From Bugula neritina (taxonomy: Eukaryota; Animalia; Bryozoa), in NCBI GenBank assembly GCA_964035545.1, contig OZ037768.1:5178741-5242740 (forward strand): a stretch of 64,000 nucleotides of DNA, written 5' to 3'. Of this stretch, positions 36,427-51,300 are shown in pieces. The notes under the pieces were generated by a model. The model was not told the origin of the DNA. It saw nothing but the letters and a program-made list of their open reading frames with translations, and ran no database searches. Each line of letters starts with the position of its first letter. Positions within the stretch are counted from its first letter, which is position 1. The position numbers were made by a program, and so were the translations under genes.

Positions 36427-37727
36427 TAATTTTCTCTCTCCCCATACTTTTTTATAACAATAGAATAAATTCACGTTTCATAGCCAAACTTGTTTTATTA
36501 ATGCAGAATATTTCTTAGGTTAATAGGTAAGCACCCTAGTAGCGAAAAGTTATCGGAGTATAGTTGTTTGAATTTCTTTTCACCAAATTGTAGTCACAAG
36601 ACTGTACATGTGTACTTAGAGTACAGCAATAAACTGGTAGAGTTAAATAGTTTCAATAGGGTTTTTTCATACAGTTTCTTTATGCTCATGAAAAAAGAGA
36701 TAATAGCAACTTTGTTTGGAGTTGTCTCAAGCTAAAATTTGTAGGTGAAGTACAATGAAAGGCTGTGCATGTTTTCTTATACAGTGGCTTGTACCTACAG
36801 CATATGTCTTTGTGCAATGATTACAGTAGCTCTCATATGCTGTAGGATCACTGACCTTGGGGATATGTAACCTCACTTACTTGTAAATACTCCGTCTTCT
36901 ACAATTTGATATCTCTCCCAGATGCAAACATTCAAGCAAAAGAATTATAGTCTTATTGTCAGGTTAATAATTGATCATGCATACTATGATGAAACTAGTA
37001 TATAATATGTACATATATATTAAGGTCTTATGCTTTCTAATGTCTATCTATATACATGTTATATGAAGTTCCACATGTTTACATGCAACGTTGATCAGAC
37101 AGTCAATATCCTGTAAAATTGCAGGCCTCTATAAGTCACTGTATAATCCAGGCTGTGTAGCTTCTCTTGTAAAAGCATTAAAAAAGATTAGCAAAAGATT
37201 TTCTTGGTTGATTTGCTAAACTGTATTGATACAAAATAAAACTCACATAATTTCTTTATAGCTGGAAACTTTTGAAAACCTGAGGTTATGATTTTTCTGT
37301 CTAACTATAAATGCTTCGTCTCAAAACATGCTGCCAACATGCTGGCAGCATGGCTTGAAGGTTTGAGGCGCGGCAGCTGATGTTTATCATGACGTCATTT
37401 CTATTAGATTAGATTCAACAAGCCTGATGCTTGACAAGGTCACTTTGGAGTTGATTAGTTCCTTTCCTCCACTGTTAGAGTCAAGCAAATATACATCTCA
37501 GAAAGAGGCCATAGTTCCAAGATGGTTTTAGATTAATGTTCAAATAATACTTTGCAGAGGTGGGGAGTAAAGAAGTTGAAGATGAAATATTTATCTTAAC
37601 TCCCAAAACTTATTTGATACAGTTTTCTACTTTCAGTGCGAAGCTACATACAGAGTATTGTGTAAAGCGAATTTCTGCGCTTGATTAGGTCTACAATCAA
37701 TTGCAGGAAGTTGAAAACTGTCTAAAA

Positions 37728-38056
37728 CAGAGTTGTCCAACATTTTCAGACCGAGGGCCATTGAAAGAGAATATTTCATGGCGAGGGCCACATAGAAAGC
37801 TTGAGCTTGAGCTAGGGGCCACAGCATCGGTACCTTTTAAATTACGTTATTCCAAATTCTCATGAAACATTACACAATAAGGTCCAAATAGTTACTGCTT
37901 TGTAGCATGTATAGAAATAAGACATTTAAAAGGTGTTTTTTTACTCTAATTCACGTATGCATGTGAAAACTAATTGTAGTTTTATGCTTTGGAGGGCTAC
38001 ATAGATGTGGGCTGGGGGCCACATTCGGCCCTGGGGCCGCCTGTTGGATCGCCCTA
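37728..38056. mobile_element. hAT (Charlie-like) non-autonomous element / MITE, 329 bp
   Basis: Exact 8-bp target-site duplication GTCTAAAA at 37720-37727 and 38057-38064, close to the Charlie NTCTAGAN preference. Degenerate TIRs CAGAGTTGTCCAAC / GTTGGATCGCCCTA. Subterminal GGGCC motifs. Confidence 0.8.
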
Positions 38057-40167
38057 GTCTAAAATTATAGCCTTACTAGTGGGATAAACAGCCTAATAGA
38101 AAATTTTGTGTGGCAAAATTGCGTACTTTAGCTACAAATCAGTGGCAAGGTGTCAATGAGAAAGTGTCAGCAGTAAGGTATCAGCAATAAGGTATCAGCA
38201 ATAAGGTGTCAGCAGTTTGGAGTTCTATCATTAGGAACTTTACAAGAATAAATGCTGTATATTAGAGTGTAATATTGAACTTAGAGCAAACTTCTGGAGA
38301 GAACAGCAGTTGCATTAATTAAGATGAGTGAAATGTGAAACATATTTGAGCCATTATCAGATGTTTCAGATTAGCTTCACTAAACTTTTAGATTTTATCG
38401 TTACTGCTGCCATTACATCAATTGCATTTTACACAGTTGAGAATATTTGTTAAAGTTGTTGAAAGAGCATATAGCTACAGGTTTCTTTGTTATATTTCTC
38501 ATCTAAAATGAAGGCTTTCCCTTTACTGCCCTTCCCTCCACATTGCTAATGGAGCTGAAGCTCTGACACGCCATATTCTGCTAATGAGTTGTAACATTGC
38601 CTGTGGCCTCCATTAGTTTGTATCAACATTGAGATATAAACAAGCTACTTTTTGAATGATTTCCCAGTGCAGCTCCTACGGGGAATAGGGACCGTGTGGG
38701 TTTTGTTATGAGGCGTTGATGACTTCTCAGCTAAGGTCATTCCCTTATCAGCCACTACACAATTTATACCAATCACATGACTTCCTATTTGTGGTGGTAT
38801 TAATAAATAAAACATTTCATGGCTATCAAGCTGTTATCATGTCATGACTAGATAGTTTGGCAAGAATAAGGTCATGCAACAAACTTAATTTAGACACAGT
38901 TACTGTATTTTGAGCTGATGAAACTATAATACATAGCTGATCTGTCCCTTAGCAGACTATCCTCAAATACCTATTCATGAAAGATTACTAAATATGCTAT
39001 GCTGTACAACAGTACTTTATTGAACAATTGTGAATATCAAATTATGTGAATATATTATAATTGTTGTCTAAAATGCAAAAAACTTCAAATGATTTAGAAA
39101 ATGTATATCGTTTAGTAATAAATTTACTTGAAGTTTATAACACATTGAAATGAAGAATCATAAATGGCCAAGCCCAATGCCAATTTATGTTTCAAAAATG
39201 CATCCCAAATATTCAAGTTTTGAATTTTGGCATACTAAATTACCCTCAATCTTTCCATGTATATCAGCCTAAAAGGATATGGTTGAATTAGGATCCAGAA
39301 ATCATACATATTCTGCTATATCTATGCATATTTTATACAAATAAATCCCACTTCATCCATCTAGCTTTGTCATATAGGGCAACAATCATAATTAATGAGT
39401 TTTATTTTGAGCTCTGGCTTTAAGTTTAGGATGTATGCTTTACTTCTTGATGCAATAATCATTTAACCACTCAACTTTACACAACTTGGTGTGAGTTATT
39501 GCATTGTTATACTAGTTCTCTGAATGTACCAAATGAAGATTTGGATAAGTTTATTATCAGGTAGCAAACTAAATCTCTGAATACAGTAACAGTAGAGTAG
39601 CCGGTCCATTAACTCATGGCATGTCTAGGAACTATAACAGTACAACTTGCAGTGAAGAAACTTATCTATGTAGCAGTGCATTTCATATATATTACTTGCT
39701 CTATATGCAGAGCACATTCAAAACTGTCATCTTAACTCATGTGTGCTTCCCATATTTGCATGAACAATTTTTAAAAGGTATAGATTTTATATATTTCAGT
39801 TGGAATACATGGATTATATTTCTATTCTTCTATTAATGTGCACAAGTTTCAATTAGTATGAATTATGAAGTATTTTTGCACTATATACAATCAGTTGCAT
39901 TTAGCATTGGTTTTAGACTTATGAAAAGTAAGTGTAAAAATTCTCGAGTTCTTCGAAACTTTTGGAGTAGGGCATTCTAAGGTATAATTAGATTCAGTGG
40001 TCACTGTTTTGCTGAGAGCACCATAGGATCACATTTCTCTAATGAGAATGCTAATAAAACTTAATAGAATCCATGCATTTGATTTACAAGAGTATGAAAA
40101 ACCTACGAGTCATTCCCGGCTGCAGTATGTTAGCATGCAGTGTGCTAGGATGCCCGGCACCACGATA

Positions 40168-40378
40168 GCACGTGGAGAAATGCATGCTTACATTCTACAG
40201 AACTTTCTAGAAATACTGGAAGCTGAATGGCTGAGCCATGTTCTGCTGTACGTATTATGTTATAGTGAGCCTGTCAAGGCACTTCAAATGTGAACACGCA
40301 GTGTTCACAGTGTTGACAATTTACTTTTAAATTACATGCAGACAGATATCTATGACTCCAACACTCTGTAAGGTATGT
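40168..40378 (+). promoter_or_regulatory. Putative promoter and non-coding first exon of NOS copy C
   Basis: GCACGTG (40168), AAATGCATG, the shared 29-bp block (40211-40239) and donor AG|GTATGT at 40373. Order matches copy B, and block-to-donor spacing is similar. Confidence 0.55.
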
Positions 40379-41731
40379 AGTTCCATTTATTAGCATCAAT
40401 ATATTTGTGTTGATAAAATAGGAAAAAGTTTTTTCAGTTGGTGTGTTTTATCTCTGGTGTCAGATCAAAATTAAAGATTCAAGTTTTATTTTTTTGTTAA
40501 ATATTGCCATTATCATTATCATTATGCTCTTGAGCTAAAAGTAAAAATAACCTTCACAATACTTGACAAACTTGATAATTTGTTATTTAGCAATTATCAC
40601 TTGATACACATGATTAGTGTATTAAACTAGGTGTGAAAACAAAGATACTTTAAAAATGTCTATTATTTGACACTACGGTTGATGTTAGGTAAAATGTGTC
40701 TGGGCTGCAAGTAGTTTTTAAAGGCCAGAACTTGGGTCTTTCGTCTCAAGTCTGTAAGTTTAACTCTAAAGGCAAGAGTAAAATACTTAAATTATTTGCT
40801 ATTACTTTTCAGTTATTTGCTGCATAGTATTAGTATAGTTTCACAGGTACAGAGCAGGTAGAATGTATGTTAATTAGCTAAAACTGAGACAGATGTTGAG
40901 CTCTTTTATTCTTATGTGTCAAAATGATATTCTATAACCTGTATTGATATAATACTATTGTCACACTGGATTTTTATAAAGAAGCACATTTGCATAAGTA
41001 TTCCATATTTCAACATGATATTTCTTGCAAGATGTCATCCAAATGTATAGTTGAAAGGCATCTAGTTCTGTTTAACTTTGGCATCTCTTTAAAGTTTCAA
41101 CGTGGCCATGTTGCAATAGCCATTTGCAGTTTTCAACACCCGTATGACCAATAAAAACGTGGTCAGCTCTAGGCATAATTACAAATTCAGATGAATGACA
41201 GACTTGGCTCATGCAGTGACAACCTTTAGTTTCTGTTTAAACAACTTTTTGAGCTCTAAAAACAGATACCTATAAATGATAGTAATGTCAGTGTTGGGGT
41301 CAACAATGCTGAATTTATAAAAGATCTTCTATACCAAAGAAGTGCATGTGAACTAGTGAAAAAAACTAATAAAAAACTCACATTGTCACTGGCTCTGTGA
41401 AAAACCCTGAAATAAATGACTTTTAAAACAGGTTAAAAAATTTTCATAACGTGACACAGGAGCAATTGTGACTGCATGTATGCTCTCCCTGACACCACCG
41501 TGGTATTTGGGGTGTTTGGACGCTGTTTATTAGACCAGTACTTTAACCATATTGCACCACCAAAAAAGGATGAAATCTGATGAATGTCACAATTGATATT
41601 TAGGCTGCTGTATTGTGCCCTAAAAGCTCTCAGCTGTTGAGTAACTCAAAACTCAAACTTTTTAACCTCCAAAATTTTTGTCTAAAAAGTTGTTTTTGTA
41701 TTTAATGAAACCATACATTTTTCAAACAAGT

Positions 41732-41778
41732 TTCTGGTCACACAAAGTGTTCTGGTCACACAAAGTGTTCTGGTCACA
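41732..41778. repeat. 18-bp tandem repeat (TTCTGGTCACACAAAGTG, about 2.6 copies)
   Basis: Read directly. Confidence 0.85.
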
Positions 41779-42347
41779 TGCAAAAGATATGCAGAAATTC
41801 GTTCATTCTGCACTACAAATCCAGCTGAGTGGGCTGATGGTATAGTAAAGTACTAATTTAATCAGAATGTACCCAGTTTCTCACACTCTGCATAATAATG
41901 TTCACATAACATATTGAAAAAATGTAATAGGACTTTGATAGCCTTGTTTTTAAGTATTTGAAATAATTGTTGAAGTCAATCACTTTGCTGTCAACAGTCA
42001 TGAATTGGTGATCATTTTTGCATTAAGGACACTTTCGGATTCTCTAGGATTCCCGTGAATTGCGTGGAATGAAGTTTGATGAAGTATTTCTGTATCCCAT
42101 TTTATAGTGGATCAATGAATTGATTTATTTAAATATATTCATACTGTCCGAAAACTACATTTTATATGAGTGAAAAGAAAATTGCTAATTTATTAAATTT
42201 AAATTGTAGCTGAAGCTACCCTAGATATTAATTTTCATATGTTCTGTTTACTTGAACTTTTAAATTTATTGCATTAGAAATAGAAATGCTATTCATTCAA
42301 ACCATACGAGACAGTAAATGTTGACAGTGTATATATTATATTTTAGA

Positions 42348-45300
42348 ATGGCTTCCACAGGAAACGCTATTAAGAGTGTTCGAGAGCCAGTGCTGCTCAC
42401 CAATGTACAGGATTCTAACCTCGTGCTATTCGACACGCTGCATCATAAGAGCCGTCAGGTATAGTCACCATTCTACAAAATTAAACAGTACTCTAAAATA
42501 TAGGATTCCAATTTTATTTCAGTGTATTCTTAATTGCTTAATTATATAACATGTGAGATGAAGTCTAGTACTGCAACTGTTATACAGCTTAGACCTTAGT
42601 CTTATATTGTATATTAATGCATTGACCTATGAAAATTTAGAGTCTATTTTTAGCAATAATTCCGCATACTTTGCCATTTCAGGAGTCAGTTTTAAAGTCA
42701 TAATATATTTCATTTCAATAACATCAGTAATGCATGGATAATGTATGGAATAGGAATTTTTATGCTGCAAATAACGGCCACTGAAAGTCATTGTGTACTA
42801 GCGAGTGCTAGCTCTGTGTGTACTAAGAGTCAGTTCATGTGTTTGTATGGTTTCAGCATGAGTCCCAGTGCTGCCAGGTTGCCCTTTGCCAAGGCTCTAT
42901 CATGCAGCCCAAGGAGATGGTGATGCCTCCAGTTAACTTTGACGTGAATATGACAGACGTTGAGGACTTTTACAGTCAATATTACGCTGCCAAAAACATA
43001 AAGTATGTTCCATTCAATTATGCAGATGTCTAGTATTTGACTGCATAAAGTTAATGAGTTCAGACGTGGTCTTTCCATCATATATTAGACCGATGTGGTT
43101 TGTGTCTTATGCTTGTATTTTAGAAAAATCAATTGCTACATTTAGGTGCAGTAACAGAAGAAGCTAAAATAGCCTAGTTTTTTAATTTTATTTGACAAAA
43201 TGTGGTTGGGGCACAGCTAAGTTGAGAATATAACTTCTTTCGATACATTTTACACGAGAATTTTTACATCACTGCACCTCCCTCTCTAGCTATAGATTAT
43301 TATAGATATTACTGGATGCTAACGTTGAGATAACGCACTCTGGAATTTCTTAAATTTATATTGGGCTTTTTAATCTCATGGAATTCTCATTAAACCTTTA
43401 ATTTATTGAATGAAACTTTTTGCACAAGTCTTTTATGTGCACCATTATAAAAATTGTTTAAAATTGGCAATAGCTTTCAGTCACGTACACTTTGAACTCT
43501 GTTGAATCAAAGTTGCAGAAGTGTAAAAGTGTGAATTTTTTGAGATCTAAAAATGTCAAACTGACAAGAAAAATGTCAGGGACTGATTGATTTCTTATCA
43601 ACATTACATATTTTCTTTTTGATTACATAAACTAAAACTGTAGGCCACTCCCAGCATCTGCCAAATAGAGACAAGCTTGATTAGTAAAACTTTGATTTTG
43701 AGAGTCAAAAACTCAGTGGGACAGCTACTTACGCCAATAATAGCTTTTTAAGAGAAAAATGATTATGTTGAAACTTGAATTGCACTTTTCAATGTTGTTT
43801 GATCTAGGTCTCTGCCTCTTAGACAAGTTAAATGGTCAGCCTTGAACCAATGATACCAGCTGCACTACTTAAAATCAATTACAAGTTAAAAGTATAGCTT
43901 TTCTGCTGTTAGTTAGCATGCATTTTTTCATCTGTCTAGGTTATAGACAGCCTCATTTATTGGTGAGTTCTAAAACTCCACAACTTTATGTGAAAAGGTT
44001 CCGAATAAAGGGGTGAAAATAAACAAGCTAACTTTTTTATCTAAATAATTGTGTATATGATTGAAATTTGCTTTTCAAGCTGTGCTAGTCACCATCGCTA
44101 TTCCAAGACTTGCAGCAATAAACTATAATGATAGTTAGCTTCTTTCTCAGGTTGCAGTGAGAGTACTGGTGTAATGGCTGCGTGATTACTCCTTATGTTT
44201 CCTAGTCACCCTCAAAATGCAAAAATTAAAAGAATTTGTATCATTCTTTTTCAATTATATTTTGCATGCAAAATAATGTTCAGTTGCTGATACAATGTGC
44301 ACATGTTCAGTTTTAGTACTGATTAGTAACAGCTTTTGAATGATTGTGACCCAGTAGATATAATTTGAGTGGGTGGATTTTTTGAGTTGATTTAGCATCC
44401 TTGTAAATTTTAATTTCATATTCTAATTGTTTTGTTCTAAGAGCTTATAGTACAACATATATATTACCAAATTACTGACCATCCCCAAAACTTTACAAGA
44501 AAGAATTTCTGGTCACTCATTATAACATATCTCCAAACACTATTCAGAAATTCTGTTCTGAACTTTTCAAATTCTGATGTTTTAATAATGATTTCAAGTG
44601 AGGAAGAGCAGACCAAAAGACTGAATGAAGTGACTGCATCAATAAAATCAACCAATCAATATGATATGACAAGAGATGAGTTGGAGTTTGCAGTTACGAC
44701 TGCTTGGAGGAATGCACCTCGGTGTATTGGTAGAATTCAGTGGTCTAAATTGAAGGTCAGCTGCATCATGGCTACAACAATCAACATCATAAACAATCTA
44801 AAACTTTGTAATTTACATTCAGTTTATCTAGAAGATATTACATATTACTGCCATTACATTTGCAATACAATTGAGGCATTCAAAGTTAATCTTAAAAGTT
44901 TCGTTTTAGTTTTTTGATGGTAGAGGAGTTCAGTCTACAAAAGAGATGTTTGAGATGATATGCAAACACATAGAATATGGCACCAACAATGGAAACATTA
45001 GGTGGGCATGAGTATTGCAGAGTTTGCTCTACTTACGGCATTACTACTGAAGCTTACCATTGTAATAAAAATCGTTTGTATTTATAATAGGTTTCCTTAA
45101 ATAATTTCAAACTTATAAGTTTTATTTTATGTTATGAACTGAATTGAACAAAGTGTTCAAAACATTGGAGAGCTAAACTAACGCTGAATATACTATTTAT
45201 ATTTAGATCAGCCATAACAGTGTTCCCATCCAGACAATCTGGTGTAGAGTGTAGAATCTGGAATGGTGAATATGTAAGCTATGCTGGATTTGAAGTCTCC

Positions 45301-48300
45301 CCTGGAGTAGTAGTTGGTGATCCTAACCATGTTGAGTTTACTAAGATTTGCATACGATTGGGCTGGAATCCTCCAGTTTCAAGGTATTAACAACTCAGTA
45401 CATGCTGGTACTAACAACCTAGTCTTTGCTGAGGTCAGGGAAGCTAGCAAACATACTTCAAAGTTAAATTAAAATATAGAAAGAAAATAAACTTTTGTGG
45501 AACAAAATTATAATGTTGGAAAAATGTAAGATTGTGGTACACTACATAGCTGATAAAATTCCTGCTGCCCTGCTAATGTGCAGTTTTGGACATTGACTTG
45601 TATTTGCTATAAATTATTTACATTTAAATACCACCGTGCTGCAATATATGTTCACTATTCAATTTCTTTTCTTTGGGCTAAAATATGCTTTGAATGGGCA
45701 GTCATGATGAGACTAAAATATTATTAAATTAGGAGTGCATTGCAATAGCTAGTATTCAATATACAAGGTTTATATCATTGAACTATAACCCCCTTATCTA
45801 TAAGAAACTGTTTATAGCTGAAAATGTGTAAAGAAGTCACCTCTAAACACAGCCACTGTTGTATGGCTGCAGAATTACTTGTTTACCACATAGGACAGGC
45901 AACTCTGGTATATAACCTAATGAAGCAAAGCTTGTGTCTTTTAGTCATGTTTTTTATTTGCTTTCATTTTTATGCTTATAACTGAAAATCTGATATTGGT
46001 TAACTCAACTTTTAAATTCAAAAGTTAACCATTAAATTTACAGTTATTTATTTTTTTTGCAAGGTTCCAAGTTCTGCCTCTGGTACTACAGTATGGAGAC
46101 AACAATCCAGACCTGTATGAAATCCCTAAGTCTTTGGTACTGGAGGTACAAATCTCCCATTCAAGGTAAGTTTATGCACTTGTTGAGGTAAACTGACCAG
46201 TACAATATGTCTACATTAGTATAGCTTAATCAGTTCAATACAATCATTTCCATGAACAGATATCCAAAGTTTGATCAGCTGGGGTTGAAATGGTTTGCTG
46301 TCCCTGCTGTGTGTAACATGAGTTTAGACTGTGGAGGACAGATATATCCTGCTACGGGGTTTAATGGATGGTACATGTCTACAGAGATAGTGAGAGACTT
46401 TTGTGATTCAGGACGTTATAACCTTCTCAAGGTCAGTCGGCTGATGCAGTTGTTTGAGGTTGAGTTATTTCTAATTCTAAGTAAGAATAGTTGGCAAATA
46501 ATTACCAGCACATGCTGTGTCTAAATTGTACAGTTACTTTCGAGTTTAATTTTGTGAGGCTATAACTTTATGTCTAGGAAAAGTGACGCTGATACTGACT
46601 GCCACCAGTGACTGAATGCGTAAACAGTTTATTCTGCTGGGTAAATCCATGTTTCTGTTTTAGAAAATCGCTTCCAGCATGAATATGGACACCAGTCAGC
46701 CGCCAATCTTATGGAAAGATTTTACAGCTTCAGAACTGAATATTGCAGTTATATCTAGCTTTCAGGTATGGTAATAATCATGTAGTTACTATGAATTTAG
46801 CTAAGTAAACACAATGAGCTATGTAACCATTGTGGACTGTTCATTCTAAACTTACTTTCTACACATTTTAATAACTTGTGTTTCCCTGTATTTTATTATA
46901 GAAATCAAACGTGACTATAACGGATCACCACACTGCCTCCGAAACTTTCATGCATCATATGGAGAATGAGCAAATGTTACGAGGGGGTTGTCCAGCTGAT
47001 TGGGTTTGGGTTGTTCCACCGTTAAGTGGCTCTTTACTACCTGTCTTTCACCAGGAAATGCTTAACTATAAGTTGAAACCCAGCTACGAATATCAGGTAC
47101 TGCAAAACATTATTAATACAATTACCTCCTTTTTAAGTTCTTGTTTTTAGGATTACACACAGCGTAGCATTTATATTGAAAGACATTTTACAAAAATGAT
47201 CAACAAACATATGTACAAGTTGGGAAAAATTTTGTATCAAATAAACCATGCAATATTTTCAGACAAAAGCATGGATGCGATTTAAATGGAAAGGTGTGAT
47301 CCATGAAAAACTTCGGGATAAGCGCCTTTCTTTCAAAAGTGTCAATCGGTAAGCACTTTTTATCTTTTTCTTGTTGTCACAATTTTATTTATTGCATTTA
47401 CTTGAGTATAAGCTACACCTCATACTAGAACACAGAGATTTATGTATCATGGAACTTAAATTGTAAGTTGTAACTTACAATGGCAGAACCTGTGAGCTCT
47501 TCAAGGCAAGCGAGACCTATTTTAGTTGGGAAATTAGAATGAACAAATAAATTATATTTTCCAGCTCTATAATGCTCTGTGGAGATATGATGAGAACCGC
47601 CCTGCGTAAACGAAAGCACTGCACCATCTTGTATGCCACAGAGACGGGCATCTCAGAGGGCTTTGCTAACAAACTCCAGCGTATGTTTGGCCAAGCTTTC
47701 AACGTAGAGGTAATATATAATGTCCCGTTTAAATTACAGCATAAGTGAGTGTTTCTCACTGTTTTAAATGATTTGTTCATCACTCATTACATCACATTAA
47801 TATGACTTTATACCGTAGTTTTATAGTGATCTAGTTTTAGCAGTGCGTTAGAGTTGTTACATTACTTCCATACATAACACAGTATTTGTCTTAGCTTGAA
47901 AATAGTAGTGTTTAGAACACAGGCAATGCCTTAATTGTCATAATATAGAATATTTATATTGTTGTAATATTTTAAGAATCTTTTGTCAAGCAGTGCTAAA
48001 GTATGCTTCCGAAAAAACTTTACTGCTTTTGTATATTAGAAAGAAATGATTCGTAGGTGCTGTCTATGGACATGTATGACGTGTCAAGGTTGGGAGGTGA
48101 GGAGCTGCTGTTCATTGTAACCAGTACATTTGGTAACGGTGAAGCTCCAGAGAATGGAAAGGTATTGCATTGTCTTACCCATTATTTCATTACAAAATAT
48201 TTAGTGTGAATGATGCCCTTTTAATAAATTGGACTCATGACCATCTTTCAATATGTTCTTAACACTGTCAGCCTTTAAGCACTGCACCAGCTTTCTCACA

Positions 48301-51300
48301 GCCCAAAATAGAGAGGTAACCTCACTAATTAATTGATGCTGTTATACCTTATATTTACAAATGTTTTTTAATTTAATTTTTTACTCTTCAACTACTCACA
48401 ACTAAATGCAAAGTATTTTCGTTGGACTTTGGTTTAAATAAGAGTAATATTTAGTAAATGTTTAGCAGAGCAAACACATTTAGCCAGCTTAAAGCTTTCT
48501 AAATCTTATAATTTGGTTTTTATTTTACAGACATTTGAGAAGAACTTGACAGCCTTAGCCAGTAAAATTGCACATATAAACATGTCAGGAGCAGAGCGAT
48601 TCTCTCCTTTGTAAGTACAACTGAAATATGCAACATCAACTAATAGGTAGCCATGTAGGCTAACTGCAATATTGTAGCTGTATCCTGAATAATTCTCACC
48701 CAATACACACCTTTGTTATTTTAGAAAAAGAGAAAATATGAATTTGTCAACTGTATTTCTCGCTGAATTGCGTAATAAGAATATCACATCAATAAAATTC
48801 ATAAAACTTTTATTGAATTATGTTTCCTAGGTATATATAATTGTGTACAACATAAGATAAACAGTGTTAGTTGTGATTATGTATATTTCTGAAGTGTTGA
48901 GTTTACCCAGTAGACCTTGTGGTGTAATGGTTATTGCCTCTGCCTGCAAGATGGAGGTCTCCGGCTCAAATCCCAGTCGGGGCAAAACTTTAATTCCAGT
49001 CAGAACTTAATATTGTTGTGATATATAAGTGCTCAGAAAAAATTAATAGTTCCATGTCTTTCTCTTTGCATTATTATTCCATTTTCTGAATATTATTATA
49101 ATTATTAACAGCATAATTATTTCAGATACTCAGTGTTTGGACTTGGCTCCAGTGCGTATCCCAACTTCTGTGCCTTTGCTAAAAGAGTTGATGATTTACT
49201 GAATAAAATTGGTTTCAAGAGGCTATTGGAGTTGTACACTGCAGATGAGAAGAAGAACCAAGACCTGGCATTCAGAGAGTGGTCAACTAAAGTTTATCCA
49301 GTAAGAAAATTTTATTAGAAAAAGTGAAGTCTTGGATGCTGTGAGTTTAACCTCTGCACCTAGATCTATACAAAATCAAAATTTAATAATGTTATATTAA
49401 GATGTTACAAATACTGAGAGGGAGCTAGTTAAAAAATCTGAAGGCTAAAGTATTCAAGTTGAAGCTGCAATCAAGTGTTTTCCAGAGTTTAGCCAACTCA
49501 TGTATGTGGTATCAACAACAACGCTCCAAAAGCTTATACTTGTATAAATGTTAAACTTTTACACCTTCAGAACTAAAGAGAGTGGTGGCCATAGTGATGG
49601 AGTCTTCTTACTATGTGACATCAGAGAGTCTCAAGTCTCTGTATCTCACTAAAGTTAATGTCTGACACAAAGAGTTGATTACTTTGTTTCATGATTTAAA
49701 CCACCTGCTTTGACCTGTCAAATTCAGCATCTATAAAAAATAGTTACAGAATCAACTTCACTGTTTAAAGTTGACTGCATAATTTTACAGAAGGCTTGTT
49801 CGTCAACAGGGGTGCAGATACTGAATGAAATGAATAGCAATACCAAGAGTTCAGATGCTGAGTACAGTATTTGTCTGGCGAGAGAATCACCTGTTATCAA
49901 AGGTAGCTTTCCAGTTCATGTTTGGAGGGAGAAAATGCTTTTTTTTACTTGCAGTGTCTACAGCAGGGATAACTTTTATGCAACAGTCTATTAAAAAGTC
50001 ACATGTCTTTGCATGTATAATAATATACATAATTCTTATATTCTGCAGGGCTGCAGCATATTCACAAGAAGCTGATATCTACATGTGAAGTTCTGTCAGT
50101 CGAGTCTCTTGTGTCTGCAGATGCCAAGTAAGTGATATTTCTTTAGTTGTAGATATATGCAATAATTAACACAGCTCATTATAATGCACATTGTTTTGTA
50201 CAGGTGGGGTTATATTGAGAAGCTTTACAATTGTAATTGGTGAGACAATTCCAAATAATTGTCTATTTCTTACAGTTGTAGCACTGTACTGGTGAAGTTC
50301 CAACACGATCAGTTATTGTACTCTCCTGGTGACCATCTTGCTATTTTCCCAACAAACAGTAAAGACAAAGTTGGGAAATTATGTCAGAGTTGCATATTTG
50401 ACAATAGATCAGATGCCAACACTCCAATATCCGCTGTTGATGCTCCTGAAAATGAAGGTGAAGGTTTTTAACAAACTGCATAAAAAGTTCCAGGCAGAAA
50501 TAAATCATTAATTGAATGCACTCAGCTGAACAATATTTTAGTGAAATTGTATTAAATTATTGTAACTAGTGATCGAAACTAGAATTTTCAGTTTTTTTAA
50601 ATCTCTAAGCTGATTTTTTTTTAAAGTTGTTTTAGCTCAAGCTCTAAATTTCTTAATTAGAGTCTGATATCTTGTCTTTTGCAAGCTATAAAGTCACTCA
50701 CTTGTGCCTGCACTAAGGCTATGTAAAACTTTATTTGTATACAATTTACAAATACTTTAAAAAGTTAGGCTTTAGTTATTAAACCAAGCAGGAATGCAAT
50801 AACAGCTCTTAGCTTCTGTAGATTTCAATATCGCCACTTTAAACTTGTAGGTGTGATGTCAAGAATTCCACCAGCTACAATGTTCACTGCTTTGACTAAC
50901 TACTTGGATATAGAATGCACACCCAGACAGTGTGACCTGGAAGCCCTGCTACCTGTGTGTGAATGTGATGAGGATGAACGTCAGAAACTTACTCACCTGT
51001 CATTGGTATACTCTTGCCGCAAGTTAATAAAAAATTTTGTCCGGGTTTTTTATTTTCGTCGTTTTCATCTTCAGACCATTTTACCAGCATAGTTTAAAGC
51101 AATTAAGCAATGCAGTAAAAAGTCTTCTATGCACTAAAGTCAGTAAATATGCAGTTTTAGCAATGTGACTTAAATTCCAACCAGATTATTACTGATAAAT
51201 ACTTAGCAAAACTATATTGTTGAAATTTCTAGCAACGTATTTTCCTTAACTTATTCAACTGCTTTTATAGAACTCAGATGCATACGGTAAATGGGTGGAG

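Noticed and set aside
36055-36445. Minus-strand ORFs with RQVVASY / DRWLLAI repeats; also considered a CRISPR-like array
   Set aside because: These are translations of the 21-bp minisatellite. There are no unique spacers and the context is eukaryotic.
48913-48984. Functional tRNA gene
   Set aside because: Stems are mismatched and the T-loop is degenerate, so it is treated as a SINE head or pseudogene.
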